Positions 6,588 to 10,949 of a DNA stretch of 10,949 nt are shown here, one piece after another. The notes beneath the pieces were generated by a model. That model searched no databases and was not told the DNA's origin. It was given only the letters and a program-made list of their open reading frames with translations. Positions within the stretch are counted from its first letter, which is position 1. Each line of letters begins with the position of its first letter. A program made the position numbers and the translations under genes. Source of the DNA: Gemmatimonadota bacterium (lineage in GTDB: Bacteria; Gemmatimonadota; Gemmatimonadetes; Longimicrobiales; RSA9); contig JBBDRO010000112.1 of the NCBI GenBank assembly GCA_040905425.1, positions 1 to 10,949 of the forward strand, given 5' to 3'.

Positions 6588-7354
6588 GCCTGCGTTCCGC
6601 GGTTGGGGTTCTGTGCCTCTAGAATTTCCACGCCCACCCGATACCAGCGGCGGGCCTCCTGTTGTTCCGGCTCCCGGCCCGCCAGCACCAGCGGCAGGAT
6701 CGGGGTGAGTGAGGTGGAGCCTACCACGGCATCCGCCCCCGCCACCACTTCGGGCCGCTCCTTGACGCCCGTGAAGGCAATGAAGAGGTCCACGGCGCTG
6801 CGCGCCTCCAGGTCCGTGGCGCCGTCGCCCACCAGCACGGCGGGCCCGCCCACCTCCGCCCGCCAGGCGCGCATGATGTCCCGCTTGCCGCCGGCGCGGG
6901 CGGCCGGAGCGTCCTCGTCGAAGGAGGCGTAGGCGCCCTGCTCGTCGAAGCGGACCGCCACTGCCGCCACCTTCTCCGGCGCGATCCCCAGCTCGGCCGC
7001 GAACGGCGCCACCGCCTGGAAGATGCCGCCGCTCACCACGCGCACGTCCACGCCCACCGCGTGCAGCGCGGCCACGGTCTCCGCGGCGTGGTCCACGATG
7101 CGCTCCATGTAGGCGCGCGCCACCTCCGCCCCGCGGGCCCGCGTGGGCCGCACCAGCTCCAGCCGCCGGCCGTACACCTGGTCCAGCGGCACCTCCCCGC
7201 GCATGGCGGCGTCGGTCAGCCGCTCCACCTCCGTGCGGTGCTCGCCCGCCAACTCCGTGATCCCCTCGATGCGCGAGAGGGTGGAATCGCAGTCGAAGAC
7301 CACGAGGGCGGCGGGCTGCTCGAGGGTGCGTCGGGCGTGCTTCGCGGCGGGCAT
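6584..7354 (-). CDS. serB: HAD-IB family phosphatase, probable phosphoserine phosphatase
   Basis: HAD motif I FDCDST followed by IEGI, cap LTDAAMRGEV...RRL, motif II VVSGG, GK, motif IV VGDGATD; first gene of the cluster containing serA. Confidence 0.87.
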   Translation of the reverse strand: MPAAKHARRTLEQPAALVVFDCDSTLSRIEGITELAGEHRTEVERLTDAAMRGEVPLDQVYGRRLELVRPTRARGAEVARAYMERIVDHAAETVAALHAVGVDVRVVSGGIFQAVAPFAAELGIAPEKVAAVAVRFDEQGAYASFDEDAPAARAGGKRDIMRAWRAEVGGPAVLVGDGATDLEARSAVDLFIAFTGVKERPEVVAGADAVVGSTSLTPILPLVLAGREPEQQEARRWYRVGVEILEAQNPNRGTQA

Positions 7355-7492
7355 CCATGTTCCGGTGAAGTAGGGGCCTGCAAATTGGCTGGCCGCGTGG
7401 GGGGAAGCAAGCGACGATGCTCATCACCCTCCCAGCGCTCGTCCGCGCCCCGGATGCAGGAACGGCCCGCGCCAGCACCGGGTAGCATCCGT

Positions 7493-9685
7493 ATGCTCGT
7501 GTCTTGCCCCCGTGCCGTCCTGGCCCTCCTGGTGATGTGCTGCGCCCCCGCCCCGCTGGCGGCGCAGGCGGATGCTCATACCGCCGACTGGCGGCAGCTG
7601 ACGGATCGGGCGGACAGCGCCGCGCTGCGCCCGCTCACCACCGCACCGCCCGGGGCCGTGCCGGCCGCGCTGATCCGCGCCGGCCTGGCCGCCGTGCGCC
7701 TCTACGAGCTGACGCGCGCGCGGACGGACCACCGCACCGCGCGCGACCTCCTCGGCGCGGCCCGGGAGGCGGCGCCCCGGGAGCCCTGGGCCCACCTGGG
7801 CTACGCCCTGGCGCTGGCGCGCGGCCCCCAGGCGCTGGCACCCGCCGACACGGGCCTGCTGGACCGCCTCGTGACGGGCCGCGCACTGCGGCGCGCGGCC
7901 GGCCTGGATGACCTGGCCATGGCGCGCCGGGCCGCCGTGGAGGCCCTCCGCCTGGACCCGGCGCTGCCCGTGGGTGGTGAGGTGCTGGCGGAGCTGGGGC
8001 TGCGCAGCCGCGACAGCGCCACCCTCGTGGCGGCCCGCACGGCGCTCGAGGCCGCCGTGGCCGCGCGGCGCGCCGACGCCACGAGTCTGGCCGCGCTGGC
8101 GCGCGTGCTCACGACGCTGGGGGAGCCCGCCGCCGCCGCGCGGGCGGGCGCCCGAGGGGCGGCGCTGGGGGGGACTGGCGCCGGAGAGGCCCGCTACGCC
8201 CGGGCGCTCGCGCTGCTGGACCAGCCCGACAGCGCGGCGGCGGGTTACGCGGCGTGGCGGCGCTGGGTGGCGGCGGCCGACAGCGCCGCGCTCGTGCGCG
8301 CCTGGCTGGCGCTGGAGCCCGCCGCCGAGCCGTGGGACGTGGAGCGCTGGCGCGGCGGCGGCACCGCGGCCCGCCGGACGCTCCTGCTGGACTTCTGGAA
8401 GGAGCGGGCGGCGCTCTCCGGCGTGCGTGAGGCGGAGCGCGCGGCGGAGCACTACCGGCGCCTGCGCACGGCCCACGACCGCTACCCCCGCCGCACGCGC
8501 TTCGGCGCTCCGCCCGGCAACGCCCTCCTGCTCCGCGACCGCCAGGAGCTGCCTGAGCGGCTGGATGACCGCGGCACCCTCTACGTGCGCCACGGCCAGC
8601 CCGACACCATCGTGCGCACCTTCGCCGGCATGGGCGAATACGAGAACGAGAGCTGGGCCTACCGGCGGCCGGAAGGCGGCTGGGACCTCTTCAATTTTTT
8701 CCGCTACCCGTCCAGCAATGACTACGTGCTCATCCACCGGGTGCCCTGCGACGGCCGCTGGCTGGCGGAGCGCGCCGCCTTCGCGCCCGCCCTGGGCGGC
8801 CTGGCGGGCGCCTGCACCGCGCGCGGGGTGCTGAACGCCAGCGCGGAGCTGCGTGACCTGGCGCTGGCGGCCCTGGAGGGAGACAGCCACCGGCCGCCCT
8901 TCACGCGCCCGCTGCCCCTGGCCTGGGACGTGGCCACCTTCCGCGGCACCGCCGGCGCCACCGACGTGGTCGCCGCGCTCGCGCTGCCGCTGGCCACCCT
9001 GGCGGGCACACCGCCCGCGGTCCGGGCGTCCGTGATCCTGGTGGACACCGTCTTCGGCACCGTCACCCGCCTGGACACGCTGGCCACCGCACCGCCCGGC
9101 GCGGTGGCAGGCAGCCACATGCGCCTGCACCTGGGCCTGGCGGCACCGCCGGCCGCCGGCGCGGTGCAGCGGCTGGTGGTCCACGACGTCGCCGAGCCCG
9201 GCCACGGCGCCATGGTGGGCGGCCCCCTGGAGCTCCGCGATTACACGGGGGACACCCTGATGGTGAGTGACCTCCTGCTGGTGGAGCCGGATGAGGAGGG
9301 GCCGCTCGTGCGCGGCCAGGCGCGGCTGGCGCTGGTACCGGGCCAGCGCTTCGTGCCGCGCACGGGGGTGAGCGCGTTCCGTGTCTTCTACGAGATCTAC
9401 AACCTGCGGGAGGGCACGCCGTTCGAGACGCGCATCGAGATCGAGCGGCTGGGCCAGGGCGTGCGCCACACGCTGCGCGGGCTGTTCGGTGGCAACCGGC
9501 CGGTGGAGCTGCGCTTCACCGGCGTGGCGGCGCCGGAGGCGGATGGGGCGGTGCGCGAGCTGCGCCGCGTGGAGATGGAACTGGAGCCGTCGCTTTACAG
9601 ATTGCGCGTCACCGTGAGTGACCCCGTGCGCGGCAGCCTCCTGGTGCGGGAGCGACGCTTCACGGTGCTGGCGCCGCCCGGGTGA
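7493..9685 (+). CDS. Secreted GWxTD-domain-like protein with N-terminal helical (TPR-like) region and C-terminal beta-rich domains
   Basis: Signal peptide ending APLAA|Q; Ala-rich helical repeats (PWAHLGYALAL); FWKER...AEHYRRL...DDRGTLYVRHGQPD...NESWAY matches the GWxTD domain; C-terminal VSDLLL and VFYEIYNL. Start ATG 7493 chosen from the signal peptide; 7454 is possible. Confidence 0.82.
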   Translation: MLVSCPRAVLALLVMCCAPAPLAAQADAHTADWRQLTDRADSAALRPLTTAPPGAVPAALIRAGLAAVRLYELTRARTDHRTARDLLGAAREAAPREPWAHLGYALALARGPQALAPADTGLLDRLVTGRALRRAAGLDDLAMARRAAVEALRLDPALPVGGEVLAELGLRSRDSATLVAARTALEAAVAARRADATSLAALARVLTTLGEPAAAARAGARGAALGGTGAGEARYARALALLDQPDSAAAGYAAWRRWVAAADSAALVRAWLALEPAAEPWDVERWRGGGTAARRTLLLDFWKERAALSGVREAERAAEHYRRLRTAHDRYPRRTRFGAPPGNALLLRDRQELPERLDDRGTLYVRHGQPDTIVRTFAGMGEYENESWAYRRPEGGWDLFNFFRYPSSNDYVLIHRVPCDGRWLAERAAFAPALGGLAGACTARGVLNASAELRDLALAALEGDSHRPPFTRPLPLAWDVATFRGTAGATDVVAALALPLATLAGTPPAVRASVILVDTVFGTVTRLDTLATAPPGAVAGSHMRLHLGLAAPPAAGAVQRLVVHDVAEPGHGAMVGGPLELRDYTGDTLMVSDLLLVEPDEEGPLVRGQARLALVPGQRFVPRTGVSAFRVFYEIYNLREGTPFETRIEIERLGQGVRHTLRGLFGGNRPVELRFTGVAAPEADGAVRELRRVEMELEPSLYRLRVTVSDPVRGSLLVRERRFTVLAPPG

Positions 9686-9692
9686 GGGGCGC

Positions 9693-10643
9693 TCAGAAGC
9701 GGATTACCACGAACTCCAGCTGGTAGGTGCGTTCGGGGGTGAGGAAGAATTCCCCCTGGAAGCTGGGACCGTCGTGCACGCGCAGCTGGAAGCCCAGTTC
9801 GCCGTGGGGATTCGCGAAGCGCCAGCCGGCCACGGCGGCCAGCTGGAGCCGGTAGTCGGTGCGCTCGGCCAGGCGCGCGTCCACGCCGGCCACCACCGTG
9901 TGGCGCGGGTCGGCCCACGGGCGCCAGGCGCCGTCCGCGCCGCCCTGCAGCTGGAAACGGTCGCCCCGCTCGAGCGCGCGCAGCACCGCCGTCTTGTCCG
10001 TGTAGGAGCGGAAGATCCAGGTGCCGCCGCCGTAGAGCCGCCACGTCCCCGCGCCGAAGAAGCGCGCGGCCAGCACGTCCAGCTCCTCCCCGCCGTACTC
10101 GATGCGCCCGGCGCCCGCCGTGGCCATGAACTCGTCCCCCATGTGCGAGCTCTGGTGGCGGATACGGGCGCGCAGCGCCAGCCGGTCCCAGCGCGCCTCG
10201 ATGGCCCCCGCTACCAGCCAGTCCTCGGCCAGGTTGTCCCGGCTGGGCAGCTCGATGCGGAAGCGGGCAAAGGCCGCCGCCTGCCCCGTCAGCGCCCAGC
10301 CGCCGCCCGGCCAGGTGCCCAGCAGGATGAGCGGCAGGGTGCCGCCGATGGCCGCGTGCGCCTGCACCTCACGCGCGGCGCCCGCGGAGTCCGCCACGAA
10401 GAACGGCGGGCGCTCGGGCCCGCGCGTGGCCAGGATATCCGTGTGCACGAGCGCCACGCCGAAGCGGGGCTCCAGCGGGTCGGCCAGCGGCGCGCGGAAG
10501 AAGCCGCTGTCCGGCAGGAACTGACGCGTGGACGCCGGCTGGGCCGCCGCGGCGGGGGCCAGCGCGGCGCTGGCGAGCAGGAGGAGCCCCGCCACCTGCC
10601 GATGGCGGTTCGGGGCGCTGCGGCGGCTCGGTGTGTTGGCCAC
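9693..10643 (-). CDS. DUF1207-like outer-membrane beta-barrel protein
   Basis: Signal peptide ending AAAA|Q; PLADPLEPRF and RHQSSHMGDEF motifs typical of DUF1207; amphipathic beta-strands; C-terminal beta-signal-like YQLEFVVIRF ending in Phe. GTG start. Confidence 0.75.
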   Translation of the reverse strand: MANTPSRRSAPNRHRQVAGLLLLASAALAPAAAAQPASTRQFLPDSGFFRAPLADPLEPRFGVALVHTDILATRGPERPPFFVADSAGAAREVQAHAAIGGTLPLILLGTWPGGGWALTGQAAAFARFRIELPSRDNLAEDWLVAGAIEARWDRLALRARIRHQSSHMGDEFMATAGAGRIEYGGEELDVLAARFFGAGTWRLYGGGTWIFRSYTDKTAVLRALERGDRFQLQGGADGAWRPWADPRHTVVAGVDARLAERTDYRLQLAAVAGWRFANPHGELGFQLRVHDGPSFQGEFFLTPERTYQLEFVVIRF

Positions 10644-10686
10644 GTGGTGGTATTTCCGATAAGGTGGTGCGTGCGCGGGCCGGGGG

Positions 10687-10716
10687 ATGATGCCTGGCCG
10701 CGCCGCCGGGTGTCAA
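10687..10716 (-). promoter_or_regulatory. Putative promoter of the DUF1207-like gene
   Basis: Minus strand perfect TTGACA (10716-10711) - 18 bp - CATCAT (10692-10687), 43 nt upstream of GTG 10643. Confidence 0.4.
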
Positions 10717-10794
10717 CCGGGCCGTGCCTGCGTGGCGCTGCTGACGCCCGCCGACGGACCTGGAGAGCCGCTACACCCCCGCAGAACCGAGCTG

Positions 10795-10949
10795 ATGAGC
10801 CACCTGTTCGACGTGCTGGAGCGTGCCGCGCACCGCCTCCCCGCCGCGCCGGGGGACGCGCTCACCCTGCGCGGCCGTCGGTTGGCGCTGGCGGGGGACT
10901 TCGAGGGCGGTGTGGTGCGGGTCTGGTCGGGCGCGGAGCGGGTGTGCGG
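10795..10949 (+). CDS. Hypothetical protein, 5' fragment running off the window
   Basis: ATG 10795 opens MSHLFDVLERAAHRLPAAPGDALTLRGRRLALAGDFEGGVVRVWSGAERVC... with G/C-ending codons like the core genes; no stop before the edge; not in the supplied ORF track. Confidence 0.6.
   Translation, partial: MSHLFDVLERAAHRLPAAPGDALTLRGRRLALAGDFEGGVVRVWSGAERVC

Noticed and set aside
5482..7478. Apparent long N-terminal extensions or fusions on serA (from 6243) and the aminotransferase (from 7478)
   Set aside because: Off-frame Arg/Gly-rich readings of the upstream genes; the true starts are marked by ATGA overlaps and, for serA, an RBS.
7493..7545. Lipoprotein signal in the GWxTD-like protein (LLVMCC)
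   Set aside because: Does not fit the L-[AS]-[GA]-C lipobox; an SPI site at APLAA|Q fits better.
7424..9469. 681-aa minus-strand ORF
   Set aside because: Antisense shadow of the GWxTD-like gene.

Overview
High-GC bacterial DNA; GWxTD- and DUF1207-type envelope genes suggest Gemmatimonadota or a relative (inference only). From ~1.85 kb onward it looks like core genome: a patatin-like phospholipase (-), a DUF2179/UPF0316 membrane protein (+), a translationally coupled serB / class-V aminotransferase / serA operon (-) that would encode the whole phosphorylated serine pathway, a secreted GWxTD-like protein (+), a DUF1207-type outer-membrane beta-barrel (-) and the 5' end of an unidentified gene. 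The first ~1.85 kb is lower in GC and looks accessory. It holds one gene fusing an archaeal-type (STAND-like) P-loop ATPase, a winged helix and a PD-(D/E)XK nuclease fold. Its promoter lies under three tandem 15-bp quasi-palindromic boxes; downstream are a G-quadruplex-forming tract and a possible IS end at the window edge. This apparently self-regulated ATPase-nuclease module is the best candidate for an uncharacterised, possibly defence, system. Family names come from motif recognition, not database searches.
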